From Thiotrichaceae bacterium UBA973 (GTDB lineage: Bacteria > Pseudomonadota > Gammaproteobacteria > Eutrophobiales > Eutrophobiaceae): a DNA stretch of 64,000 bases. Of this stretch, positions 38,811-50,036 are shown one piece after another. The stretch is from the NCBI GenBank assembly GCA_002292815.1, contig DBBX01000003.1, positions 8,160 to 72,159 on the forward strand, given 5' to 3'. The first letter of the stretch is position 1, and each line of letters starts with the position of its first letter. A program made the translations under genes and the position numbers. A model generated the notes under the pieces. The model was not told the origin of the DNA and ran no database searches. It saw only the letters and a program-made list of their open reading frames with translations.

Positions 38811-39719
38811 TTATAGATCATCAGCTACATGATGATGGCCTCGAGAATGCGACTGCATAGCAAAACCAAGCCCGATAAACACGATCAGTACGCCTAAGAT
38901 AAAATTAAGCTCGATCGCTTCACCTAAAAATAAATAGCCTAATATGATAGCGGTAATCGGATTTAATGTGACAAAGATCGTAGTATATGTTGCCGTGCTT
39001 TTATTCAAGACCCAATTCAACAGGAAGAATGCAAGTCCACCCGCTACTATACCTAAATAAACCATTAAACCTATTTGCGCGGGTGTAAGTAAGCTTACAT
39101 GTTCATCGATGCCGTTAGCGATACTAAATGGCAGTAGACACAAACATCCAGTCAACATTGCCAATGGCGTCATCGTTGAAGCTGGCACTTCTTGCAAAAC
39201 CGCTCGCGCAAAAGTGGCATAGATTCCACCAATAATCGCCGTAAACAACATGATGATCTCTCCTTTGAATAAGGTTCCGTCTCCCGAAATCATCATCAAC
39301 TTATCTGATAGAGCAACCGTAAGACCGAGCAAGGTAAGCCCAATGGCAATTAATGAGTTTTTGTTGATGTTCTCATGACCAATAGCCTTACTAATTAACA
39401 TCGCCCAGATCGGCATCGTTGCTAACACTAGAGAACCTCTTGCTGCGCTGGTATGTACGAAACCCCATGAAAACATAAAAGGAAACAATGCAAAAAACAA
39501 AGCCCCGAGACCAGCAATCTTTAGTAATAGGATTTTAGTTAATCGTGATGTGCGAAACAGAAAGAACAGCGGCAACATTGCAAAACCACCAAAGAGATAA
39601 CGCATAAAGGCGATTTCGACCGGATCCAGTACTGTAACCAGATAACGTGTGGCAACAGATGCTGTACCGGTAAGAATATGGCAACACATGATTGCCAGGG
39701 TTGGTTTCCACATACTCAT
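38811..39719 (-). CDS. DMT-superfamily (EamA-like) transporter
   Basis: 10 predicted TM segments; His-rich C-terminus. Confidence 0.7.
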   Translation of the reverse strand: MSMWKPTLAIMCCHILTGTASVATRYLVTVLDPVEIAFMRYLFGGFAMLPLFFLFRTSRLTKILLLKIAGLGALFFALFPFMFSWGFVHTSAARGSLVLATMPIWAMLISKAIGHENINKNSLIAIGLTLLGLTVALSDKLMMISGDGTLFKGEIIMLFTAIIGGIYATFARAVLQEVPASTMTPLAMLTGCLCLLPFSIANGIDEHVSLLTPAQIGLMVYLGIVAGGLAFFLLNWVLNKSTATYTTIFVTLNPITAIILGYLFLGEAIELNFILGVLIVFIGLGFAMQSHSRGHHHVADDL

Positions 39720-39955
39720 AGGTTAATTTCAATATATTTAGGCAGCAAGTTGACTGAAGATATGACTATATTATGAGTAGAATATTATTTTTATTTAAAA
39801 AAGATGATAATTACGAAAGCCATATTTATTATGGTTTACCAATAGCACTATGTATAGGTCATTCATCCTAAAAATCCAGCGATATGTAAACTTATGCTTG
39901 TTCTTATACACTAACATCAACTTATCTGAATAAATTTAATACGGATCTTAATTAT

Positions 39956-40705
39956 ATGCATAACGCACTCGTTATTGGCGCATCAGGTGGTATTGGAATA
40001 GCGATGACTCAGCTTCTACTGGAGAAAGACATCCATGTCATTGCTAGTGTCAGAAAACATCAAATAAGTAAATTTGAACCACTAAACAAGCTAAAAGCAG
40101 ACTATAAATCACAGTTCACAATAGTTTCTATGGATATTAGTGCCCAGGAAAGTGTAGAAAAGGCATTCACTTCAATATCTGAACAGACAAATAAGTTACA
40201 TTTTATTATTAATTGCACTGGTCTATTGCATGATAGCAAGGGTCTTCAACCTGAAAAACGTCTGGAAGATATTAATGCTGATCATCTCGCCCAGTCTTTT
40301 GCAATTAATTCAATTGGCCCTTTACTCATTGCTCGCTATGCGCTGCCATTGCTTCGTCATGAAGAACGCAGCGTGCTATCGAATACTTCTGCCCGTGTCG
40401 GTAGTATTTCCGATAACCGCGCTGGCGGCTGGTATGCCTACCGAGCGGCAAAGGCGGCACAAAATATGATCACTAAAAATATCGCAATTGAATTGAAAAG
40501 ACGCTCACCGAATACTATTTGTGTGGGTCTACATCCCGGTACTGTGGATACTGATTTATCCAAGCCGTTTCAAAGAAACCTAAAGCCAGGACAACTTATA
40601 ACAACAGAGCAATCAGCGAGTTATCTGTATAAGGTCATTAGTAAGTTGGATAACAAAGATAGCGGCAAAGTATTTGCCTGGGATGGCAGTGAAGTATTTC
40701 CTTAA
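39956..40705 (+). CDS. short-chain dehydrogenase/reductase (SDR) family oxidoreductase
   Basis: GASGGIG cofactor motif and YxxxK (YRAAK) catalytic dyad. Confidence 0.75.
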   Translation: MHNALVIGASGGIGIAMTQLLLEKDIHVIASVRKHQISKFEPLNKLKADYKSQFTIVSMDISAQESVEKAFTSISEQTNKLHFIINCTGLLHDSKGLQPEKRLEDINADHLAQSFAINSIGPLLIARYALPLLRHEERSVLSNTSARVGSISDNRAGGWYAYRAAKAAQNMITKNIAIELKRRSPNTICVGLHPGTVDTDLSKPFQRNLKPGQLITTEQSASYLYKVISKLDNKDSGKVFAWDGSEVFP

Positions 40706-40741
40706 TTAAAAAGTCTAATTAGACTTACTTCGTCTAATTCA

Positions 40742-41203
40742 TCATCCCATAGAATAAACAGTACCCAGACCAATCAGCATGAATAGTGTAACCACAATGG
40801 TCAATCTGAACCGCATAAGCATGTACCATACCGGTAATAGGTTATTTAATTCTGAATACTTCTCATAAACAAACAGAAGTGGGTATGCAATACAAAGCAT
40901 CAGCAACGCAGCAGGCAAAGGACTGATTAGCACTAACCATCCAATTAGCCCTGGCAATACGCTAATTGATAATAATAAGCCTTGTCTTTGTATCGAATCA
41001 GTCTTCAGTAACAAGCCCCAATGAACCGCGCCAATGAAGCCAAGGATAACCGCACCATAGGAAACGAATGCAATCATTGCATACGAACTAAGCTCTTTAC
41101 TATCCGAGTAAATACCCACCAAGCTAATGACAAACGGTAACAACCCACCGTAACTTAAACAATAGATAATAGTTTTAGTTTTGTCTGTGATCTCATTATT
41201 CAT
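40742..41203 (-). CDS. DUF3429-like membrane protein
   Basis: 4-TM 153-aa ORF. Confidence 0.5.
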   Translation of the reverse strand: MNNEITDKTKTIIYCLSYGGLLPFVISLVGIYSDSKELSSYAMIAFVSYGAVILGFIGAVHWGLLLKTDSIQRQGLLLSISVLPGLIGWLVLISPLPAALLMLCIAYPLLFVYEKYSELNNLLPVWYMLMRFRLTIVVTLFMLIGLGTVYSMG

Positions 41204-41226
41204 AGATAAAAACAGCTTTATAAAAA

Positions 41227-41520
41227 TTATTTTGTTTCAATAATTTCAACTGAGTTTCCAAACGGATCTTTAATATAAACTGAAGCCGTTCCATCTCGAT
41301 GCTTTGTTAATTTACCAAAAGCTTCAGCATTTGTACTTTCAATTGCAAAATGTGGAGGGTGTTGGTCCGGCATGACCAGGGCGAGAGAAAGGTTGCTAAA
41401 CTTGAGTAATGCCCATGTTTCATCTTCATAATCTAGACTGGCATCAAACTTATCGGTATACCATTTTACCGCTGTTTTAATATTGTTCACCTGTATAGCA
41501 ACATGATGTATCTTGTCCAT
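41227..41520 (-). CDS. VOC (glyoxalase-like) family protein
   Basis: 97 aa; HHVAIQV ... DPFGNSVEI motifs. Confidence 0.6.
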   Translation of the reverse strand: MDKIHHVAIQVNNIKTAVKWYTDKFDASLDYEDETWALLKFSNLSLALVMPDQHPPHFAIESTNAEAFGKLTKHRDGTASVYIKDPFGNSVEIIETK

Positions 41521-41663
41521 AATAAGTCCTGCCGATTAGATAGATTATGACAATTTTATAGTGTATTAACTAACTAAGCATGCATTGTAAAACAGATGTC
41601 GTCGAAGACAAGAGACTTAACACAATTTTAGCCTAAGACTATTCAATTTAGACATAAAAACAT

Positions 41664-42644
41664 ATGAAACGTATCGCCATCATTGGGGCAGGAATGTCCG
41701 GCCTCACCGTTGCAAATCAGCTCAAAGAAATAGCATCAGTTCAAATATTTGAAAAATCGCGTGGTGTCAGCGGAAGGATGTCGACGCGTTACGCCGAGCC
41801 CTACCAGTTTGATCATGGCGCTCAGGATTTTACTGTTCGCGACGAAGCGTTTAAATCTTTTTTAACCCCCTATATAAATGCGGGGATCTTGCATGAATGG
41901 AAACCAAGATTAATGCTGTTAGAAAAAGGACAGATAGCTAAAATAAGAGACTGGTCAGAAATACATTATGTCCCTGTGCCGAAGATGAATGAATTATGTA
42001 TCGCTATGGCAAAGGAGATTGATGTCAATTTAAATACAGAAATCACCGAAATAGAAAAACGAAATCAGCATTGGTTCCTAAAAACTAAAGATGAACAAAC
42101 ATTCGGGCCATATGAATGGATCATCAATACAACACCTGCACCACAAGCCGAAAAACTTTTACCCGCCTCTTTTTCGGGAAATCACCTTTTTAAAAGATGT
42201 AAAATGCTTGGTTGTTATACTCTAATGTTAGCTATCAGTCAGCCATTGCCATGGGAATGGCAAGCGGCAATAGTAAAGAACTCACTTATTTCATGGATGG
42301 CATTAAATTCAAATAAACCTGGTCGCGATAATAAACAAACACTAGTTATTCAAACCGATAACCAATGGTCGGAAGACCATATAGATGAAGCGACATCAGA
42401 TATACAGCAGCTTATTCTGAATGAGCTAAACAGCCTGTTGTTATATGATTTTTCAAGTAGTGAATATATGACAACACATCGCTGGCGATATGCAGATACT
42501 AATCAGGCTACCGCTGTCGATTACCATATCGATGATGAACTAAAACTTGGGGCATGTGGTGATTGGTTTATAAAAGGACGTATAGAAGCTGCCTTTTTGA
42601 GCGGATATAGGCTCGCTAATAGCCTAAAACAGTTTCTGTCCTGA
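41664..42644 (+). CDS. NAD(P)/FAD-dependent oxidoreductase (renalase/amine-oxidase-like, COG3380 type)
   Basis: IAIIGAGMSGL dinucleotide-binding motif followed by RGVSGRMSTR. Confidence 0.65.
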   Translation: MKRIAIIGAGMSGLTVANQLKEIASVQIFEKSRGVSGRMSTRYAEPYQFDHGAQDFTVRDEAFKSFLTPYINAGILHEWKPRLMLLEKGQIAKIRDWSEIHYVPVPKMNELCIAMAKEIDVNLNTEITEIEKRNQHWFLKTKDEQTFGPYEWIINTTPAPQAEKLLPASFSGNHLFKRCKMLGCYTLMLAISQPLPWEWQAAIVKNSLISWMALNSNKPGRDNKQTLVIQTDNQWSEDHIDEATSDIQQLILNELNSLLLYDFSSSEYMTTHRWRYADTNQATAVDYHIDDELKLGACGDWFIKGRIEAAFLSGYRLANSLKQFLS

Positions 42645-42986
42645 AATAATGCCAATATATTATTTGATTCTATGTTAAAGTGTAAGAATCTCGACACCAG
42701 TAAGTGTCCAGAGCGTCATCACTAGTTGTTAGTTCGCCTCACTGCATTGCCTTTATTTATAATCGCAATCCATCCAAAGAGTCCAACTGTTCCTCCCTTT
42801 GAGAACCAATTACTGCATGCCGCACTTACGGCAAAGCTATCTACTGCCCCGATCTGTTTGCACGTTTACGTGTGCGCAATCTTTAGAGCTTATTTTACTT
42901 AGCCAAATTTATAAGTTATTTCGCTGACTTTTTGCTCGAATGAGCAAGTTACGAAATGATACAAACCTATATTTAGGAAATTATTA

Positions 42987-44345
42987 ATGACATTTGAAAA
43001 ACTCGGATTATCCGAAGAATTATTGCGTTCTGTACGCGACACAGGCTATACCAGCCCTACACCTATTCAGGCGCAAGCCATTCCTGCTATCTTAGAGGGC
43101 CATGATGTAATGGCCGCAGCACAAACCGGCACCGGAAAAACCGCCGGCTTTACCCTGCCATTGTTACAACTACTTAATGAAAAACCACCGGTAAAGAATA
43201 ACCGTGCACGTGCATTGGTGTTAACACCAACTCGTGAACTTGCCGCACAAGTTCAAGAAAGTGTATTTACCTATGGCAAACATCTGCATTTACGCTCCGC
43301 AGTTGTCTTTGGGGGCGTTAAAATAAACCCTCAGATGATGAAACTACGTCGCGGTGTCGATGTTTTAGTTGCGACACCAGGTCGTTTACTTGATCTGTTC
43401 CAACAACGCGCTATCAACTTCAATGATATTGAAATACTGGTATTAGACGAAGCCGACCGTATGTTAGACATGGGCTTTATCCATGACATCAAAAAAATCA
43501 TGGCGCTGCTACCGAAGCAACGTCAAACCCTGATGTTCTCTGCTACGTTTTCACAAGAAATTAGACAGCTCGCTAAAGGCATTATCAATAACCCGGTTGA
43601 GATAGATGTTGCACCACGTAATTCGGCCGTTGAAACTATCTCACAAGTAGTTTATCCCGTCGATAAAGCACGTAAAGCTGATCTTCTCAGTCACTTGATA
43701 CGCAAAGAAAACTGGTATCAAGTATTAGTATTCAGTCGCACCAAGCATGGCGCCGACAAATTGGTGAAACGCTTATCACGCGACAATATCCATGCTGCTG
43801 CAATTCATGGCAATAAAAGTCAAGCGCAACGCACCAAGGCACTCGACGGATTTAAAAAGAATAAAACTCAGATATTGGTTGCAACTGATATCGCTGCAAG
43901 AGGCATAGACATCGATCAACTTTCACATGTTGTGAATTTTGATTTACCGAATGTGCCTGAAGACTATGTCCATCGCATCGGCCGCACAGGTCGTGCCGGA
44001 GCAAGTGGTCAAGCTATCTCTTTGGTTAGTGCTGATGAAGCCAAACAGCTACAAGATATCGAACGACTGATAAAACGTAAGATCGAACGTGAAGAAATAG
44101 AAACCTTTGAACCACAGCATATTGTCCCTGATTCTGTCTCAGGTAAATCGTCGCAGAATAAAAAACGCGCGAACCCTAACAACAGTAACGGCAATACACC
44201 AAAACAATATAAAGGTAAGCGCAACGGTTCAAATGAACAGAATCAGCGTAGTCGTTATGGCAAGCCAAACAGTTCAAGTAACCGAAATAGCACCCCTGGC
44301 AATCGTCAACGACGAGCAGCCTCGGCAGAAAGACCAGCAGTTTAA
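42987..44345 (+). CDS. rhlE: ATP-dependent DEAD-box RNA helicase RhlE
   Basis: Q motif, [29 protein letters not shown]. Basic Arg/Gly/Asn-rich C-terminal tail; long 5' leader. Confidence 0.85.
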   Translation: MTFEKLGLSEELLRSVRDTGYTSPTPIQAQAIPAILEGHDVMAAAQTGTGKTAGFTLPLLQLLNEKPPVKNNRARALVLTPTRELAAQVQESVFTYGKHLHLRSAVVFGGVKINPQMMKLRRGVDVLVATPGRLLDLFQQRAINFNDIEILVLDEADRMLDMGFIHDIKKIMALLPKQRQTLMFSATFSQEIRQLAKGIINNPVEIDVAPRNSAVETISQVVYPVDKARKADLLSHLIRKENWYQVLVFSRTKHGADKLVKRLSRDNIHAAAIHGNKSQAQRTKALDGFKKNKTQILVATDIAARGIDIDQLSHVVNFDLPNVPEDYVHRIGRTGRAGASGQAISLVSADEAKQLQDIERLIKRKIEREEIETFEPQHIVPDSVSGKSSQNKKRANPNNSNGNTPKQYKGKRNGSNEQNQRSRYGKPNSSSNRNSTPGNRQRRAASAERPAV

Positions 44346-44467
44346 TATTAGTTAGATTATTGAAGGCCATCACGAACATCAAAACCAGATGATTGTCGTG
44401 ATTGGTCTTTTAATAATAAATCTGTCCCTACACCTGGGGACGTCATAAATGACAGAGGTAAATAATC

Positions 44468-44767
44468 ATGGAAGCCATAGTCCATAAACAAAAAACGGCC
44501 GGTGACGGACGTATATCATTTCCGACATTACATTGCTGGAATCCGGAAACAGAAATTATCACTATAGCGGCTCAAGTCAGTGGCAAACGCGTGTCTTGCC
44601 GAATCGCCTATGCTGATATAAAAACAAAATTTACTAATCTAGCAGATACACCACTAGAGACAGTTATAAAATATCGAACGGAAATAGAAGCTGCGGCTAG
44701 AAATTTGATTGAAAATAAAAAATATGAAAAGGACGGTTCCATTAAAGTAGACTACGTTGATCTTTAG
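44468..44767 (+). CDS. DUF1488-family protein
   Basis: 99-aa ORF; family assignment from memory. Confidence 0.45.
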   Translation: MEAIVHKQKTAGDGRISFPTLHCWNPETEIITIAAQVSGKRVSCRIAYADIKTKFTNLADTPLETVIKYRTEIEAAARNLIENKKYEKDGSIKVDYVDL

Positions 44768-44798
44768 TTGTAGTTCTCTTAATTTATAAACCGACGTG

Positions 44799-45665
44799 TT
44801 ATCTAAGTAAGAGCAAGGGCGTCTTGGTGTTAAGTAACATCTTTGTAGTAAAGCTGCCCAAAATCAGATCGTGTAATCGAGTGTGATTAAATGCACCCAT
44901 GATCGTCAAGTCAATATTATGACTGACTTGATAATCACATAACTCATCCTCAGTTTTACCCTGCAAACTAGCACTGACAATATTACTCCATCCGGCTGAT
45001 TTAAGTTGATTAACTGCCTGCTCAATTAGACTTTCAGCGGTATCCTTTTTATTAACGCAGACCAAGTGACAGCTTAGGCCTTTGTAAATCGGGCTATTAG
45101 CTATCATATCAATGTGTTGCTCACTGGCTTCACTACCATCATAAGCAATCATAATCCGTTGCGGAATTTTGAAGGCCGCATAGGCAACAAAAATATGTCC
45201 ATGTAAAGAACGGATCATCGACTCTAGCTTTGCACCAATTTTATCAGTTTGATCTTCGTGCATTTTTCCTCTCGCGCCTATCACCAAGATACGTAATTCT
45301 TCTTTAAGCTCTACCAAAGTTTCAATCAATCTGCCGTGTTGCAAACATAAAATCGGGTCATTAAATCCATCCTCAACAACACGCTCTTTTGCCGCTTGTA
45401 AAATGGACTTCCCTTCTTTTAAACGTAATTTACTGCGCGTATGTTCATTGCTGGTAATTTCTTCAAGCAAATGATCACGACTGTCCACACCCAAATTACC
45501 GGACAAATCTACTTCTTTCGCCGTTTCTTGATGATGGTCAATTGTGTACATAAGCTTTAATGGCCCTTCAACACGTTGTGCCAACCATACTGCATAATCA
45601 CAAACAGCTTCAGAAAGTTTAGATCCATCGATACAAGCCAGAATCAATTTTTTATTATTAGTCAT
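44799..45665 (-). CDS. universal stress protein with tandem Usp domains (UspE-like)
   Basis: Two UspA-like halves (ILACIDGS ... ; IMIAYDGSEAS ... IMGAFNHT). Confidence 0.75.
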   Translation of the reverse strand: MTNNKKLILACIDGSKLSEAVCDYAVWLAQRVEGPLKLMYTIDHHQETAKEVDLSGNLGVDSRDHLLEEITSNEHTRSKLRLKEGKSILQAAKERVVEDGFNDPILCLQHGRLIETLVELKEELRILVIGARGKMHEDQTDKIGAKLESMIRSLHGHIFVAYAAFKIPQRIMIAYDGSEASEQHIDMIANSPIYKGLSCHLVCVNKKDTAESLIEQAVNQLKSAGWSNIVSASLQGKTEDELCDYQVSHNIDLTIMGAFNHTRLHDLILGSFTTKMLLNTKTPLLLLR

Positions 45666-47158
45666 TAGTGGCCACCCATAATTTTTTCAATTTCTTCCGG
45701 TTTATCATGAACACCAAAACGATCAATGATCGTCGAACTGGCTTCATTAAGCCCGATTAATTCTACTTCTGCACCTTGGCGTCGCAGCTTAATCACCGCT
45801 TTATCCAGTGAAGACACCGAGGTGATATCCCAAAAATGTGCCCGATTTAGATCAATTACAATCTTCTCTACCGCCTCTTTAAAATCAAAGGCAGCGATAA
45901 ATTTATCTGCTGAACTGAAGAATACCTGTCCTACCACATGATAAGTTCGAGTATCGCTATCCTCATCATATTCAGATTCAACATACATCAAATGGCTAAT
46001 CTTATTTGCAAAAAATAATGATGCCAGCAGTACCCCCACAAAGACACCCAAAGCCAGATTATGTGTCCAGACAACAACCAATACTGTCATTATCATGACA
46101 AGATTAGAAGAGAGCGGATGCTCCTTTAGATCGCGAAAGGAACCCCAGTTAAACGTTCCTATCGATACCATAATCATCACCGCAACCAATGCTGCCATGG
46201 GTATCCGACTAATCCAATCATCGAGAAACACCACCATGATCAATAATAAAATACCGGCAAGCAAGGTGGATAGACGTCCTCGGCCACCTGATTTTATATT
46301 TATCACAGATTGGCCAATCATCGCACAACCGGCCATACCGCCCATCAGCCCTGAGCCAATATTGGCAATCCCCTGACCTTTGCACTCTCGATTTTTATCA
46401 CTATCAGTATCGGTTAAATCATCAACAATCGTCGCCGTCATTAATGATTCCAGTAAACCTACTATAGCCAGCGGAACCGCATAGGGAAAAATGATTTTTA
46501 ACGTCTCCATGGTTAATGGCACATCTGGCCACAGAAAAACAGGTAGGGTATCTGGTAACTCGCCCATATCACCTACAGTTCGAATATCCAGTTTCACCAT
46601 TAATGCGATAGCGGTTAAAACAATAATGCACACTAGCGGCGAAGGAATCGATTTTCCAATTACAGGAATAAGTGGAAATAAATAAATAATTCCCAAACCG
46701 CTAAGGGTCATCACATAAACATGCCAGGTAACATTCGTTAGCTCAGGTAACTGCGCCATGAAGATCAGTATCGCCAGAGCATTTACAAAACCGGTAACTA
46801 CCGAACGCGAGACAAAACGCATCAAACTGCCTAGCTTGAGGTAGCCAGCAATAATTTGAATCGCTCCGGTTAACAGGGTTGTTGCTAACAGGTATTCTAG
46901 TCCGTGTTCTTTTACCAACGTCACCATTAACAACGCCATGGCGCCGGTCGCGGCACTGATCATCCCGGCACGCCCACCAACAATAGCCGTTGTCACGGCA
47001 ATACAGAAAGAGGCGTAGAGACCCACTTTAGGATCAACACCCGCAATAATAGAGAAGGCAATCGCCTCGGGAATCAACGCAAGCGCGACAACTAGCCCGG
47101 CCAGAATGTCAGCACGAGTATTTCCTAACCAATCTTGTTTTTTTGAGAGTAAAAGCAT
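45665..47158 (-). CDS. SulP-family anion transporter with C-terminal STAS domain
   Basis: SulP TM core plus STAS domain; stop overlaps the usp start (TAATG). Confidence 0.85.
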   Translation of the reverse strand: MLLLSKKQDWLGNTRADILAGLVVALALIPEAIAFSIIAGVDPKVGLYASFCIAVTTAIVGGRAGMISAATGAMALLMVTLVKEHGLEYLLATTLLTGAIQIIAGYLKLGSLMRFVSRSVVTGFVNALAILIFMAQLPELTNVTWHVYVMTLSGLGIIYLFPLIPVIGKSIPSPLVCIIVLTAIALMVKLDIRTVGDMGELPDTLPVFLWPDVPLTMETLKIIFPYAVPLAIVGLLESLMTATIVDDLTDTDSDKNRECKGQGIANIGSGLMGGMAGCAMIGQSVINIKSGGRGRLSTLLAGILLLIMVVFLDDWISRIPMAALVAVMIMVSIGTFNWGSFRDLKEHPLSSNLVMIMTVLVVVWTHNLALGVFVGVLLASLFFANKISHLMYVESEYDEDSDTRTYHVVGQVFFSSADKFIAAFDFKEAVEKIVIDLNRAHFWDITSVSSLDKAVIKLRRQGAEVELIGLNEASSTIIDRFGVHDKPEEIEKIMGGH

Positions 47159-47485
47159 CTAAATCCTATAATCGATAAGCAACAAACAGCCACAAGCCCT
47201 CTGTCTTAGTAAAATTAAAAATAGTTGGTAGGTATGCACCAATCTGATACCGGGTCTGCTGATAAATCTATTATCGCAGTCGTACATACAAGTTGAGGGG
47301 TGTGAAATAGCCCGAAGACGAGTTCCAACGCTGGCTATTATAGTCTCTGTTTCGAATCAAGCTAGTGGATAACGGTATATTCTTTACTTTTCATACCTCA
47401 ATTTTAATAAAGATTGTTCTCGGACTTGTTTTTATTAATGCTATCATGCGCCACCTTCCTTCAAGCTAATAAAGAGCTAGAACCC

Positions 47486-48868
47486 GTGACAACAGCAGAC
47501 TTTTCATCACTACCCCTAAGACCTGAAGAATTGGCAAATATCCAGTCATTGGAGTATCGCACAATGACGCCAATCCAGACTCAAAGCCTACCGGCTATTC
47601 TGGAAGGCAAAGACTTACTGGCTCAGGCTAAAACCGGTAGTGGTAAAACTGCGGCATTTGCTATTGGTCTGCTGCATAAGCTTGAAATCACCACCTATCA
47701 AGTACAAGCAATGATACTTTGTCCGACACGCGAACTAGCCGATCAAGTCACTAATGAGATAAGACGCCTTGCACGTTCAATTCCAAATACCAAGATCGTC
47801 ACTTTATGTGGCGGCAAATCAATGGATCCACAACTGGCTTCGCTGGAACATCAACCGCATATAGTTGTTGGTACACCGGGACGAATATTAAAACACCTGG
47901 ATAAAGGCTCATTAAAACTCGATGGTCTGAAAACATTGGTGCTGGATGAGGCCGACCGCATGCTGGACATGGGTTTTCATGACGAAATTATGCGCGTTAT
48001 AAAAATGACGCCACATAAAAGACAAACCCTCTTATTCTCTGCAACCTATCCGAATGAAATAAAAAAGATCAGTAACGCGATTCAAATCAATCCGATTGAT
48101 GTTCGTATTGAAAGTCTGCATGACGATAAAAAAATTAAACAGATTTTTTATGAAATAACTCCAGGCGAAAGAACAAAGACATTAATCACCTTATTACGGC
48201 ATTATCAACCAGAATCAAGTTTAGTATTTTGTAATACTAAACAACAATGCCAGGATCTGGCTAGCGAATTATGGCAACAGGGTTTTCATGCACTGGCCTT
48301 ACATGGTGATCTTGAACAACGTGATCGCGATCAAGTATTGATACAATTTTCTAATAAAAGCTGTTCGATTTTAATCGCAACTGATGTTGCCGCGCGTGGT
48401 TTGGATATCAAAGAGCTACATGCTGTGATTAATTTCGAGTTGTCCCCCGATCCCGAAATTCATATTCACCGTATTGGTCGCACAGGTCGCGCGGATAAAG
48501 AAGGTTTGGCGCTGAGCATGTTCATGGAATCTGAAAAATTCAGAATCGAGGCAATCGAAAACTATAAGAAAAGCCCGGTAAAAATTGATAGGACCGCGTC
48601 ACTCAAAATTAAAGATAACATCAAACTCTATCCTCAAATGGTAACGCTATGCATCAATGCCGGTCGTAAAGACAAGGTGCGTGCTGGTGATATCCTCGGT
48701 GCCTTAACAGGCAACACTGAGCTTGCCGGTGATCAAATTGGTAAAATCGATATCTTTGATAAGCTAGCCTATGTCGCCGTTGAAAGTGCTACTGCAAAGC
48801 AGGCGTTAAAAATTCTTTCTGATGGTAAAATAAAAGGTCGTAAGTTTAGAGTAAAAAGATTGCGCTAA
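47486..48868 (+). CDS. dbpA: ATP-dependent RNA helicase DbpA (23S rRNA hairpin-92-dependent)
   Basis: Collinear with E. coli DbpA including the C-terminal RNA-binding domain (KVRAGDILGALTG ... GKIKGRKFRV). Start uncertain: the ORF opens at 47414 and GTG 47486 matches the E. coli N-terminus. Confidence 0.85.
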   Translation: MTTADFSSLPLRPEELANIQSLEYRTMTPIQTQSLPAILEGKDLLAQAKTGSGKTAAFAIGLLHKLEITTYQVQAMILCPTRELADQVTNEIRRLARSIPNTKIVTLCGGKSMDPQLASLEHQPHIVVGTPGRILKHLDKGSLKLDGLKTLVLDEADRMLDMGFHDEIMRVIKMTPHKRQTLLFSATYPNEIKKISNAIQINPIDVRIESLHDDKKIKQIFYEITPGERTKTLITLLRHYQPESSLVFCNTKQQCQDLASELWQQGFHALALHGDLEQRDRDQVLIQFSNKSCSILIATDVAARGLDIKELHAVINFELSPDPEIHIHRIGRTGRADKEGLALSMFMESEKFRIEAIENYKKSPVKIDRTASLKIKDNIKLYPQMVTLCINAGRKDKVRAGDILGALTGNTELAGDQIGKIDIFDKLAYVAVESATAKQALKILSDGKIKGRKFRVKRLR

Positions 48869-48908
48869 GATTTAAAGGGAGAAATAAATGCTCCTGAATC
48901 CATAACGT

Positions 48909-49868
48909 TTAAATCTGGTCAGAAAAATACCTAAGCATGCGTGCACGCATGTCTTTATCAGGTAACTTTCCATAGGCTGCGCCCATATTTTCATGCATAT
49001 GTGCGACTTGAGATGTTGCTGGTATCGCACAGGTCACTGCTGGATGAGACACCACAAACTTTAAAAAAAACTGCGCCCAATTCTCACAATCAAATTCCTT
49101 TGCCCAATCAGGTAAGGTTTTTCCCTCAACCATGTCAAATAAACCGCCACGTTGAAACGGTCGATTGACAATCACCGCAATGTTGCGTTCCTTTGCAATA
49201 GGTAATAGGCGTTGCTCTACTTCGCGATCAACCATATTGTAAGTGAACTGCACAAAATCAAAATTTTCTTCCAGCAATGCCTTTTCCATTTTCTCATGGC
49301 GTCTTCCGTGCGACGTTGTAATGCCGATATAACGGATGCGCCCTTGCGCTTTCCATTCCTTCAAGGTCTCCAAATGCGTTCGCCAACTCAGCATATTATG
49401 GATCTGCATTAAATCGAATTGTTTCACACCCCACATTTCCTCGGCCGATGCCATCTGATTTATGCCAAAACTCTTCCCCAGGGTCCAAACCTTGGTCGCA
49501 GAGAATAATCCAGCAGGAGAGTCCAATTTAGTCAGGCAGTGCCCAATAACTGCTTGAGATGAACCATACATCGGCGAAGAATCCACCATGGCACCTCCAC
49601 GCGCAAAAAACGCCTGTAATATCCTCACACAGCGCGCACGATCTTTTTCATCGCCACCTACACTGAACGTTAGCCAGGAACCCATACCAATTATGGGTAT
49701 CATTTCCTTAGTAGCCGGGATGGCCTTGGTTAATATAGAAGACGCCAAATTAGCGGTCGATGCACGAAACGGCAAGATTGAAATAAGCGGCGTAAGTGTT
49801 AAGGCCCCTGCAGACTTCAAAAAAGAACGGCGCGGTAATTGAATCCGGCCAAATTTATCCTCCATCAC
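48909..49868 (-). CDS. aldo/keto reductase with a twin-arginine (Tat) signal peptide
   Basis: N-terminal [13 protein letters not shown] ... AxA motif followed by an AKR (beta/alpha)8 core. Confidence 0.75.
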   Translation of the reverse strand: MMEDKFGRIQLPRRSFLKSAGALTLTPLISILPFRASTANLASSILTKAIPATKEMIPIIGMGSWLTFSVGGDEKDRARCVRILQAFFARGGAMVDSSPMYGSSQAVIGHCLTKLDSPAGLFSATKVWTLGKSFGINQMASAEEMWGVKQFDLMQIHNMLSWRTHLETLKEWKAQGRIRYIGITTSHGRRHEKMEKALLEENFDFVQFTYNMVDREVEQRLLPIAKERNIAVIVNRPFQRGGLFDMVEGKTLPDWAKEFDCENWAQFFLKFVVSHPAVTCAIPATSQVAHMHENMGAAYGKLPDKDMRARMLRYFSDQI

Positions 49869-50036
49869 CTCTACCTCATCTATTTACAGAATCTATACGA
49901 TTTCAGCATAACTGTAGCCGATTTCGTACAGTTTAACTCGACGTTTCAGCCTCAAACACCTATAGTACGCCACCGTTTAAGCGGCTCATTCAACAGTACT
50001 CAGGGAAATCCATTGATCTCAACAGCAAACATCACC

